This document shows positions 13,301-24,669 of a stretch of DNA of 64,000 nucleotides, in pieces. The notes beneath the pieces were generated by a model. That model did not search any database. It was given only the letters and a program-made list of their open reading frames with translations, and was not told the origin of the DNA. Position 1 is the first letter of the stretch. Every line of letters begins with the position of its first letter. Made by a program: the position numbers and the translations under genes. Where the stretch lies: NCBI GenBank assembly GCA_963924565.1, contig OZ004610.1, forward strand, positions 4,216,001-4,280,000. Reading direction: 5' to 3'. Origin of the DNA: Ascidiella aspersa (taxonomy: Eukaryota).

Positions 13301-16300
13301 TTCGAGGTAAGGCGAGCCGTCGGCTGGAAACTAGACGGCAACCAAACAAACAAAGATGAAACGGAATGCGAGGAATCCAGCAGCGCCGGTCGGACAACAT
13401 TGAGCTTATAAATAACACACAGCAACCTTATGAGTACAGAGGTACCAGTCGCTGCCTTTGAATGTAGCTTTTTGGTGGCAAAATCTTGCCGGATCTTTTG
13501 CATTTGTTTGTAGACATGCCGCGTGTGGCACTTTACCGTTACGCAGAGTATACTGCTCTAAGCGTTTTAGCGTTAACGCGGCGGTTTAATTAAGGTTCGC
13601 TCGAAAAGATTACGTCGTTTTAAAAGGTGGTTACGTAATAAAAACGTCAAAATTGAAACAAATAATTAATCAGAGTCATTAATTTTTACCACAAACCAAG
13701 ACTTTAAAACAACTTAGGCGACCAAAGTAGGTATAAAGTCATTTCAAGGCTATGATAATTAAAAAGAGGGAAGAATGTATATCCAAACTTCTATTAAATT
13801 TATCAGCATGTTTATAAAAGTTTTTATATATATTATATATATTACCATGTTTTACGGTATATATTACCATGGTTATAATATAGGCCTTAAAACGGCAATA
13901 AAACACATTTTTTTACAAGCATAACTTGATGTTAATATTGTTTGTTAGTATACCACCGTTGGCTAATTTTTTTAATATCGTACCGGAACCGATACCCGAA
14001 TCGCCGAATCCGATATCGTAAAACAGTTGCACTTGTTGGACACTTCTGGGCTTTTTATGCCACTCCGACAGCAAATTAATCAAGCATTTTTACCATGACC
14101 ATTTGCTAGCTGCTAACGTACGTTTGTCGAAATATTTTCGTCAAATGATTCAAAGCATTACGGTGGTAATGTTATTGAGGCAGAAAACGCCACAAAACAA
14201 AGTTTCGCATGGGCGCGTGCTAAAATTGCAGGCTTGGTAAAAAGGCGGTAAAAACAGTTTTTGTGCGGCTAGTGGGAAATGAACGATATCGCGTGCGAAT
14301 TGGCTTCAGAAAAACAAGGCCCAGCCTACCAAAAAACACACAGAAATCCGGGACAAGTTTTGTCAATCGGTTTTAGCGAGAAACCGCAAGAAAAGAACAT
14401 ATAACTGGTAACCGCGGTATAATACACCACATACGGTATACCACCAGAAAAAGCGTTCGTTTTCGTTCTTTTGAAAGGCGCCAGCCAACCTTAGGAGCAT
14501 TGACGAAATTCTCCTGCGTTTGTGCGCCGCGCGACGCTGTTTGTTCGCCCCATTGTGTGGTCATAACGCCCCTTTTCAATTGCGCAATTCGTCGCTTTAT
14601 GAAGACCGTCGTAGTGAATCATTTAATAGTTCCGTGTTTGCCAACCTTAGCTGCTACGCGATTCAAAACCCAAGGTAAATTTTTTTCTTAAAGACGCACG
14701 CGTCGGCTGTTTAATATTCTCGAGCCGTAAATCGCAAAAAGGTGTGGTTTTTGTAAAGGTTTAATACCCCGGTGAAATATTATGACTGAAATCACTGGAT
14801 CAAACAGTTTTCGAAACGCTGGTTTCCAACGTCAAAGCACAAAAAAAACTTCTTAAACCGTTAACAAGGGTATATTTTGACGATGACACGATGTTCCGTA
14901 TTTAAGCGTTAAATAACAAGTGTTTCAAATTTAAAAGATTAATTAAAAGCAGCTTGTAATTTTGATAATTCTGATGTTGTTCTTTTGGCAATGGACTGCA
15001 TACTGTTAGAATTAAAAAAGTTGTAACTGATTAGGGGATTAATTAGGGGCTTGTTAAAGTTATGGTACCAAAAATGGTAAGAACCACTAACCTTTGACCA
15101 ACCAGGTAGGAATAGTGTCTGTCATAAAAGTCCTAGCTTTTGTCGACGGACGAGAATTTAATGAAGTACGCTCGCCAGAGACCGCTTGAATGACGTAACC
15201 GCTTTAATGTCGATATCGACTTTAAAGGTCACCGGATAGATGCAACTTAGTTGGAGCTAGTGTGTAAAGGGCCGTAACTCAATTTCCCTTACCTATCTAG
15301 CCATGGCGATATTGGATTTGAAAGGGGATCTTGGGCAGACAACTTTAGAATGCTGTAGGAAATGCTGCCGTCAAATTTTCGAGTTTTTTAGTATATTTGG
15401 CCTAAAAGCATTGGCTCGATTTAACAGCAAATGAAAACAAAAAAAGTTTTTTTTCAATTATTTCGCGGTTTGAATTCATGTTTATGACCAAGTGAAGACC
15501 GATGAGTATCAAGAACTATGACCAAGTGCTAGTAAGCATTGAGGAATACCAGTATCTATGACCAAGTGCCAGTAAGATTGAGGAATACCAGTATCTATGA
15601 CCAAGTGCCAGTAGGCATTGAGGAATATCGATATCATGACCAAGTGTTGTCGAGCGCTTCAACGTGTAAAAATGTTTTCTTCGACTTTGGCCAAGATATC
15701 AAACAAACCGCCGCGGGTTAAATTCATTCTTTCGCGTTTTTGAGAGCGATTTTCGGCTGAATTACTCCAAACAGCCTGGTAATCTCATGACTGGCTTTGA
15801 CGTCGTTTACCACGCAAGTATAACTACGTACTCCCTCTTCAAACTGCGCAAATCCACCGTCCGATGTGCACCTGTTCGCGTCTTAAACGCATTCCAAGCT
15901 TTGGAAGTCGACACGAAGCCAAATTGAGCGCCTACCTAACCTACCTACATACGTCGATTCGGTAGCAATTTGTCGAAAGTTAATATCGCGAATGGCGCGT
16001 ACGCCAAACAGACCCCCGGTCGTAAAAAGCTAGCGTTCCGTTTGATCTTGGCCCAAATCGATTAAGTGGTCGAAAAATCCTGGCGTATCGCGTCTCGGGC
16101 ACACAGCACACCGTTCGGTTTGTTTGCCTCAAAAGGCCACCTTAGGGCTTTCGCTTCTTGCTGTAATTTAACACCGCGAGAAAAGTGGACGAGATTAAGG
16201 CGACGGGCCAGGGTTTAAATGGCCACCGATCCCCTCTCTTTTTAAGGCTTTAAAAACAGTGTTTCTCAACCTATGGGTCGCGACCCAAAATTGGATGGCC

Positions 16301-19300
16301 GTTTGGTTTGGTTGGGTCGCCGACTGCAGTAGTTTTGTATGGTTGGATTTATTTGAGATTGGTTCTGAGCAAGATTTCAACAAAATTTGAGAAAATTGCG
16401 GGAGCAATACGCAGGAATGGCTCATGTCAATTAAATTCCAAACAAGTGGGGAAAAACACTCTGAGCACAAAAGTAGGGAAAACAGGAAGCATAGTCATCT
16501 ATATCGGTAAAGTATATTGATTATGCAGAGCACCGTGCCTTAATATAATTAAAAAAAAATTCTTTTTAAAATTATGAAAAAGGTAACAATCGTAAATTAA
16601 TTAAAACGACGTAAAAGTAGGCAATACTCCTCAACTCATAAAACCGAAAAAAAAAGTTTCAAGTCGAACCAGACGAATGTCTCGAAAAATGCGGCACCTC
16701 TCTATTAGCGAGTCATGCCAAATTGCTTCGCGTGTTGTCGGTAGCAAGTATGCACTTAAAACCGCCGGAATTAATCCTCGGTTTATTGCACACCAGGAGC
16801 CGAAGCTACCCTTCTAATTACAAGAGGCTGTCTCCTGCTCGAGTTTGCGCAGAGTTCAGTAAAATAGCTGACGAGTTTATTCTAAAGACCACTGAGTCAC
16901 ATGCTTAAAGTATTCGAGCCCCCAAGTCAACCGGACTGATTTTGTTTAGATTTCGGCCATTTTTTGGCCCTTTACACCTACAGATCAGTTTGAATGACCC
17001 CTGTGTCTCCTATTAGCTACTTTTTATCTATTTCCAAAAAGGTCGTATATTGCAAAAGGCAGAATCAACTAAACAATTTTACGTTTTCGTTTTAAAATAT
17101 TTTGAAATAAAGCAAACCTTCAATTAATATTTGTTATATTTCAATCATAAATAAATCACTTACGGCTCCGTATGCGGGGTGCAGGGCCCATTCTAAGTCA
17201 CTAGTGGCTGCCTTGGTGTTGTAGAGAACATCTGGAAAAACACAAAGTTAAAAATTCACTCCCTGTTATACTGTGCAAGTGTCGACACACTGACTGTGTG
17301 TTCTAAGCTCAATTAGGCATGAACTTTGGACATGGATTAAAATCGACTGAGTTTAGGTTTAACGCCCAAAACGCAGGTGCGTTATGAAGATAATCCTGAC
17401 TAGCACTAAACAACCTGGGCTCCTGAATTGGTTTCAAGCCTTCAACTTTTATAATTCCGTTAAAATTGCCATCTTGATTGACGTTTGGCTTAGTTTACAA
17501 AGACTGGTGTGGATTAAAATAAATTTCAAAGCCCATATGGAAGTGATTGATTATATCTTCGTCTCACTACAACCTCCGCCATTATCTTAGGATTTATTCG
17601 AAATGTTCAAAAAGTGTGGTTACCTACTTCTGTATAAGCTCTGATATTCATTCTAAGTTTAACCACAACCTCCAACCATTATTCTACAAAGTTCGGTATA
17701 GATTAGGTTAATAATTAAAATGATCCTAATTTTGCAATAATTGCTTTTGAAGCATTGGCTTTTATTAAATCCCGTAAAAGAACTCTTTGTAGGCTAATTG
17801 TTAACAGTTTTAAAGATTTAAAATCCTTACCATAGGCTAACCTATTTTATAAGGCATTCCTTTTAATTAATTTCATAAATTTTGCGTTGTTTCAAAAAGC
17901 ACAGAAAAACATCGCGTTCTCGTGTGAAATCAAGTCCAAATCGAGTCGCAGAAGTGAGCGCAAGTTTTAATCCAATCAAGGCACTATAGGCGACGCTGAA
18001 TGGCTGCCAGCCACGGCTAAGCGAGAAAGCTAGTTTGGTCGATTGTCGGCGACGCGCGCGTCCTTTGTCGCCATTCACGGCAAACAGCGAAAGGGTTTTA
18101 ATGAAGGGAGCAAAGTGGGTTTGGGAAGGCTGGGATTTAAGGACCACAGAAGCGACGTGTGCTTTGATTTTGCTTCGCATAAAGCGGACGGTGGCAGGTT
18201 CACATTAGGTTAGCACAATGCGCGGCAATTAGAAGCGAAACTTTAAAGGGAAAGAACATGGGAGTCATTTTTTATTTCACTTTGTCGCGACAGGAGACTT
18301 TGGTTCATATTTTAACAAAAAGCGCCATTTTTTTCGTTTTTTTTTCGACATTTTTTAAATTGTTTAAGTGGGTTTCGTACACAAAGAATGAGACCAGTAC
18401 ATTACAATACAAATAAGGATTTTAAAAAGTATTTTAAAAATGCTTTTTGGTGAAAAGACAAGACACAAAGCGGTTTGTTTTAAAATACAGAAAAAACGTA
18501 TTTCACGCATTTCGCAATAAAACGTAAAAACGTACACACGTTTAAAGTACGAATATCAAACGAAAGTTGCCAGAAAAAAACTCAATCGCGCCAACCTCAA
18601 AAAAAACGCAAAACCGATCGTGCGCGACAAAACATCACGCTGACAAACCCGAGTACACAGGAATGTTCGCATCGAAAAAAAAACGCCTATAGTTGTCTCT
18701 TTGCGTAAGGAAAGGCGGAGATAAGAAATCAGAGCGACGTAAAATTCCGCGCGTAAATAACCGAGGCGTCGGTATGAGTGACGAACGTGCGTCAGTGCCA
18801 AGAACGTTTAGCACTGATTTAACTTGGAAGGGAGAATTGATAAGTTACTTAGATGCGTCTACGGACAACGTTGAAATATGCGGTGTTTGACGCACTGGTA
18901 ACTGTAGTTTTTAACTCGTTCGCTAATGTTTTAAAAACTGATGTTTTATGCCATAGGAAATTAAGCCATTTTGTCTCGAAAAGCCAAATTGATAAAGACT
19001 TGGCCATTTTTATTTCATTTTTTTAGCAACGATTTATATTTTTGTTGTTTTGAGATCAGGTGCTTATGCCATTTTTCCTTCATTTTCACAGTAATTCTCA
19101 ATTTTCTTTACTAAATTTAAGTCAACTATAAATTGGATAATATTATAGAACCATTACTTTTCGCCATCAATTTGATATTTAGCATTACTAGTTCAAAAAA
19201 CAAACATGGGAAAGTATTTAAATCAAATTAGGTGCACTTAGCGAATCGACCCTCTCTTATCTTGAGCCAATTGGCACATGTTAGACTTTAAACATCGGAG

Positions 19301-20631
19301 CCGGGGTTTGCTAGGCACGAGCGAGCCGTTCAGGACGATTTTAGCAAAGTTATCGACACTCCCCGCGTACCAGCCACTGCCTGGACCCGAAAACTGCAAG
19401 CACACATCGAAATTTCCCTAGATCCGCCGATTTTGCTACAAAGTATCGCTTCGCGGGGCACACGTGTTGTTAGAAGACCACAAATCGTTCGGCAATTTTC
19501 GACGAAATCATGAGGTTTAAACTTGAACGAAATAAAGTGCACTTTCACTGAAAATTCACAGCTGATTTATGCGTAAAAACCGCTGTGATTTTTGTCTGAT
19601 TTTCTTTAAAAAAATTAGCCTATAGTTTCACGTTTATTTTGGAAATTGTGATTATACAGCAAGTTGATTTTCCCTATATTTTAGGTAGACAGTTCTAATT
19701 TTGTTTAAAAGATCATTAATAGCTAATCAATGAAAATTGTTTCAAAATTTATAACGTAAAAATACGCTAGTGTTTTTAATAAACAGGTGACATCATAAAC
19801 TTTCTACAAACATCTTGACTTCTTTCAATTTTTTTACGCGCAAACTAAAGCGTACATACTCTATGACGTAGGCAAACTTCAGTTAAACGTAACGCGGTCA
19901 CGAAAATCGCGTCGGGCGCCAAAATCGCCCTCAAACAATCGCCTTTGATTCGTCATAGAGGCTAGAACGCGGAAAGTCAAACAATTGCTGGAAAGGCACG
20001 CAAAACGCTGCGTTTGATAAGGCATCGAAGCGACAGCGCCTCTTGAAACAGACGCGACGGCGTAGGTTTGAAACGACGGCGGCTTAAGAACCCCTTTCGC
20101 TTGGGACTTACACGCCTTGAGCACACAAAAAAGACCGATTCAATAATAAGTCGGGTATGGAATGGTGTACGCTTTGCCTTAACTAAATATAAAGCTAAAA
20201 GAAAAGATTAAACTAGGTCTTTATTATTGTCGGCCATTTTTAACTCGGAAAAGTAAATATTGATCAAAAATCTCGCTTCATCCTTGCAATAATTTGTTCC
20301 AACGACTAAATAGAGTGACGATGTGCATTATGTAAAATATATATTTCTCTCTTCTTGTTTTTCAAGTGACTGACTTTAATGGTATTTCAGAATAGTCTTA
20401 CGTATATTTGCTAAGTTAAACTTGTTTGACGTCAAAATCTTATTTTAAACCATAAAGTACTTCAACACAAAACAAATATTTAAAACAAAATTAGTTGACT
20501 TTTAACTTTGGTCAAAATCAAACCATTAAGAAACAAAAGTAGTTAAACAACTTACGTGTTTCGCTTGAGACTTCCGTTGATAATAGTAGCAATGCCGCTA
20601 ATAAAAATAGCGATTTTTCTAGGTTTCCCAT
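7286..20631 (-). CDS. Eph: Eph receptor tyrosine kinase, copy 1, 5' part (coding exons 1-6: 20631-20556, 17231-17164, 11354-11239, 8928-8686, 8113-7917, 7390-7286); gene continues left of the window
   Basis: Six GT-AG exons join in one frame (805 nt): MGNLEKSLFLLAALLLLSTEVSSETHVLYNTKAATSDLEWALHPAYGAWEELSSLYLDGSTIRSYQVCNTDMPNQDNWARSPFIDAKSAQRVYIDIEFSVMKCSECRETFSIYYY...YIKVDTVAAGERF...GPLKRRGFYIAIQDQGACMSIMSMKLYFHYCP...NLAYFPKT...SLVPVDGKCV...PMYRCNSNGEWTVPTGSCQCRAGYQ. These match Eph LBD and sushi motifs (WEE, YQVCN, KVDTxAA, GFYxAxQDxGAC, CxxxGEW). Confidence 0.96.
7917..8113 (-). CDS. Eph: Eph exon 5 (LBD end, sushi start)
   Basis: 197 nt; RGFYIAIQDQGACMSIMSMKLYFHYCP...; donor gtgagt. Confidence 0.95.
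8114..8400 (-). mobile_element. ~287-bp insertion at the exon 5 acceptor, copy 1 only (GT...AG; GTTGG/CCAAC ends)
   Basis: Copy 2 has ccgcgc|ctattgaaag directly at 62495-62510. Copy 1 has the same ctattgaaag displaced to 8401. Confidence 0.7.
8686..8928 (-). CDS. Eph: Eph exon 4 (LBD)
   Basis: 243 nt, AG/GT bounded; SAQRVYIDIEFSV...CRETFSIYYY...YIKVDTVAAGERF...GPLK. Confidence 0.95.
9750..9862 (+). repeat. Fragment of the same SINE-like family in Eph intron 3
   Basis: catcattgatcgac.gattc.gttagtctgcg...ctttcggtgtact matches 50032-50080; agttacacacatatatgtg matches ~50137-50157. Confidence 0.7.
11239..11354 (-). CDS. Eph: Eph exon 3 (LBD)
   Basis: ttttcag|TGGGAAGAA...|gtaagt; WEELSSLYLDGSTIRSYQVCNTDMPNQDNWARSPFIDA. 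Confidence 0.95.
15484..15646 (+). repeat. Minisatellite, ~39-40-bp unit (atgaccaagtg...), ~4 copies
   Basis: ATGACCAAGTG occurs five times, spaced about 34-40 bp apart. Confidence 0.9.
16257..16340 (+). mobile_element. hAT MITE left-end fragment
   Basis: CAGTGTTTCTCAACCTATGGGTCGCGACCC, related to the end at 23554; no matching right TIR found. Confidence 0.6.
17164..17231 (-). CDS. Eph: Eph exon 2 (LBD N-terminus)
   Basis: tttttccag|...|gtaagt; 68 nt; (H)VLYNTKAATSDLEWALHPAYGA matches the Eph 'LLDT...LGW' segment. Confidence 0.92.
20556..20631 (-). CDS. Eph: Eph exon 1, signal peptide
   Basis: MGNLEKSLFLLAALLLLSTEVSSET has a hydrophobic core, followed by a phase-1 donor C|gtaagt that is in frame with exon 2. 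Confidence 0.9.
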
Positions 20632-22269
20632 TGCCAGTAATGCGGCAAATCAGTCGTTGAAATGGACGCGAGGTCTTTCTTTCGACTTCCTTTTTAATAA
20701 AGCGATTTTCCGCAGGGTTTGTAATGCCTTTGTAATCCGCGAACGTACAGATATAAGTGTTATGTGCAGTGGTGCTGCTATTGTTTGCTGTCCTACTGTG
20801 TTGTCGCGTCTGTAACACAAAAACAAGGGGTGCCGTTTAATCCGTGAAGGCCGTAGTCTGCTATACGGCGTGTTATCCTGGGGATTTCGCCAGCTATATC
20901 TGCTGCTGTCGCATTGCGCAGAAATCTGATCACAGCCTTTAAAAGCTTTAAAACAAACAGTATTTTTTAGATTTAATTTGCACCTACAAGTTTTCAGTTT
21001 TTTTACGATTCACATAAAAATTTTAACCGATGTATTTTCAGCTGTTTTCCGATTACAAAAAGTGAACACTTACAAGTTTTTTTTTTTTCAAGTCTACACC
21101 TACATCATTTTAGTAAAATTTCCAAAATACTGCAAATGTACATTTTGACATTCAAATCTATTTTTAATGTTTTTTTCACGGTTGGATGTCAAAACGATCT
21201 TTAAAAACTGAACTTTACCGTAAACACTAAAGATCGAAAAATAACTCTTTTTCTCGTTTATTGACAGTAAAATATTACAGGTCGAAAAACAAACTTGTAA
21301 ATTTTTCGATTTCTAAAGCCAACGTTCTGCTTTAAATCTGTAAGTGTAAAACCTCTTGGTGTCGGTTAACAGCAAACTGCGCCAGGCTGTTTGGACAACC
21401 TGTATTTGACTGCTTTAAGCAAACAAAAGCCATGGGCCTGTCTAGCTATGCCGAATAAGTAAGGTCTTCAAAGACAGTCGCGTCAAAATTAATCTGTTTT
21501 CCTAATGATTTGTATCTAAACAACTAATCCTATTACATTGAAACACAAACGATACTGTTTTGCCTTTTATAAACGACAAAATATTCCACTTTTGGCACAA
21601 TTCAGCCAATGCCAAGTTCACAATACACTCGCATAAAAACAACTGTTTTTCTAAATGACTCGTATCAGAATAACTTCTATTTTAGTATTTTACTAAAAAA
21701 CGAAAGCTACTGTTTTTGCAATTTAAAGACAAAAACAGATTCTACCTTCAACACTGTCCAGCTAAAACCGCCAACGACAAGTTTTAAACACAGTGGCATT
21801 AAAATTCAACTGTTTCTAAAAACTCGCATCAAAATATATTTTTAAAACTGCAATTAAAACAAAATTCAAACGATACTGTTGCTAGCATTTATACAAAAAC
21901 AACCATTTTCCTTTGATTTCAACTGTCTAACAGTCCCAGATAGTCCAGTCTGTTATCTAAACATAGACAACAGCACCTTGACAGCAAATCCAACCAGACA
22001 CTGTGGGCTGAAACATGGTTGGCGCAAATCCGGCAGCGACTGACAGATAAGTGCGCCCAAGGCTCGAAGCAAAAGCGTGTCGGCGTTTTTTCCTCGTTTC
22101 TCTCCCGCGAAATCCTTTCTCCTGCTTTTTTCGCCGGCAGCCGACTGCCGCGCCAAGTGGTTCTGTAATGGTTTCTACACGTCTGACAATTGCGACTTTA
22201 CTGTCAATAAGTAAACTGTTCTTTTTGTCATAGAAGCAACAAAATGTAACTTAACTTGGGATGAATACC

Positions 22270-22605
22270 AATTTTACGTCTAACTACAACATCCTGCTAG
22301 TATCTTAAGATTTATTGGAAACATTTACGAAATGCTGCCTACTTCTGTATGGGCTTTGATATTCATTGACGTTCTACAGCTAACTACAACCTTCGGCCAT
22401 TACTGTATCTTACAATTTATTCAATATCGAAAAGTTCAGTAAATTCTCGCTACTTATCTATGCACTTTCATATTTATTTACGTCGAAACTGCAACCTCGA
22501 GCTATTATGTTAAGGTTTATTCGAAAAATTCACAAAATGCTACCTATACTTCTATATGGACTTTCGTATTCATTTTATGTCTATTTCTAACTTCAGCCAT
22601 TATGC
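22270..22605 (-). repeat. Three tandem copies of a ~120-bp dispersed repeat (gaatatcaaagcccatacagaagtaggtagcattt family)
   Basis: The same unit occurs at ~5383, 10330-10562, 13018-13150, 17520-17690, 23127-23255 and ~59803. Confidence 0.85.
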
Positions 22606-22740
22606 TCCGATCTAACAAAACTGCAAGCGTAAAAATTCTCAGTAGCTTAGAAGCAATAATTTGACCAACACTTCTATTGGATTAATCCTGTACTTTCTCC
22701 AATTCCAAATTACATTAGTCACAAATGCGAAAGCAAAAAT

Positions 22741-24669
22741 GGTTATGGCCAATTTATCAGTCTATTCTTGTTAAAGCTATGGAAGCGACAAAGCGTTTTT
22801 CTACCTTTTTTGTGGAATTTTGTGAGAAAATCACGCCCAGCCTTTTATCTCGTGCGTCGGGGCAAAGCTTAGGTGATGTAACCGTCGAAAAATTCGCACG
22901 AAATTGTGTATTTTAGGGCGTCGTTCTTCGATCTTCAGTTGCGTGCATCACATGCTCTATTACGCAATGGAAAACGTGGTATGTAAAGTGAAAGCCTAAT
23001 CGGTTTTAAATTGTCCTTGATTAAAATTGAAATTACCGTTGCACGACCAAGTTTGCATTTAGTGGCAACACAAGCTTTCCCTTATTCAGTAAATACGTTG
23101 TTTATTTTCAATTTAATATTTTGGAGCATAATGGTTGGAGGTTGTAGTAAGACGTAATAAGAATATCAAAGCCCATACAGAAGTAGGTATCATTTTGGAC
23201 GTTTCGAATAACTCTTTATTCATTTTCAACATGTTGGCTTTGATATTCTTATTACAATTTAATATTGTTCGTGTATTTTGAATTTAAACAGCGTTGCACG
23301 CGTCAGTTAAACGAAAACTGTAAAATTAAAAATAAAAATGAAAACAGCTAAATTAAAAAAATAAGAATAACAAATTCAAATAAATACAGCAAAATTTGAT
23401 GGAGCAGCTTTAGGCTAATAAGAATCATTCTTAATTATTTCTAAACAGAAATCCAATTTCACAAACTTGCCTTATAGTAGGGTACGCAGCGTACAAAGTT
23501 TAAGCGTGATATATCAATAGAATTTTTAAAGTTCCTTCGCAAACTTTTTAGATCAGTGGTTTTCAACCTGGGGGTCGCGACCCCCGGGTGGGTCGTTTGC
23601 CTTTTCTCTGGGTGTCGCGAAGACGACAATTAAAAATACAAATCACTATTGCTAGAAAGCGAATTAATTAGCTCAAAAAAGTAACTTGTAATGATAGTGA
23701 ATGTTCAAACAGTGAGCAGCAAGGAAGAAAGTTGCAAAAGTGCCCTTTTCATGAAAAATGATATATTGCTTTCACAACGTTAAATATTATGCGACCGAAA
23801 TCATAAAGCAGTGTTGTACACGCATTTTTTTATAAGAAACTTGGCTCAAGCCGAGTACTAAAAGTTTCTTTAAATTTTTTAACATTTTTGGTACCATTTT
23901 AAGCCAATCTAGAGGGCGTGGCCGCAAATTTTTTCCGGGGGAGAACCCCCGGACCCCCCAATATTTCGGCTCGCTACGCAAGCCTGCGGTCTATGTTGCC
24001 CTTACCAACAAAGTCGCCCCCCTTGCTCTGAAATCGATCCAGCGTTCCTGAGGGTTATGGTCAATTTGTCAGTCTATTCTTGTTAAAGCTATGGAAGCGA
24101 CAAAGCGTTTTTCTACCTTTTTTGTGGAATTTTGTGAGAAAATCACGCCCGACCTTTTATCTACTGCGTCGGGGCGAACCTTAGGTGATGGAACCGTCGA
24201 AAAATTTGCTCGAAATTGTGTATTTTAGGGCGTCTTGTTCGTTCTTTAGTTGCGTGCATCACATTCGCTATTTATACGCACACAATGGAAAACGTGTTAT
24301 GTTAAGTGAAAGCCTAATCGGTTCTAAATTGTCCTTGATTAAAATTGAAATTACCGTTGCACGACCAAGTTTGCATTTAATGACAACACAAACTTTCCCT
24401 TAGCTGTCGTGTAGAAATTTAAATAAATACAGTAAAATTTGATGGAGTAGCTTTAGCTAATATCTTGGGCAGGACTTTTTTCAAATAAATAAAATCAGTC
24501 CTAATTATACAATACCAAAAACAATAAAATTTAAAAATCTTTATAATTGTTCCTAATTATTTATAAAAAAAATAAAGGCATTTTCATCAATTTGCCTTAT
24601 AGTACATAGCTAATAAAAGTTTAGGCATCATGTGCCTGTTGAATTTTGTTCCTTCATAAACTTTTTAGG
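22741..24669 (+). repeat. Local direct duplication (22741-23552 vs 24053-24669)
   Basis: ggttatgg.caattt.tcagtctattcttgttaaagctatggaagcg...ctttccctta and aaataaatacag.aaaatttgatggag...aaactttttag each occur twice in order. Confidence 0.88.
23554..24050. mobile_element. Composite hAT-MITE-like fragment
   Basis: Left end CAGTGGTTTTCAACCTGGGGGTCGCGACCCC; GC-rich right part ending ...TTCCTG; ends do not match each other; no TSD. Confidence 0.6.

Noticed and set aside
20880-20910. TATA box for Eph
   Set aside because: Only a weak ATATAG match, not supportable without TSS data.
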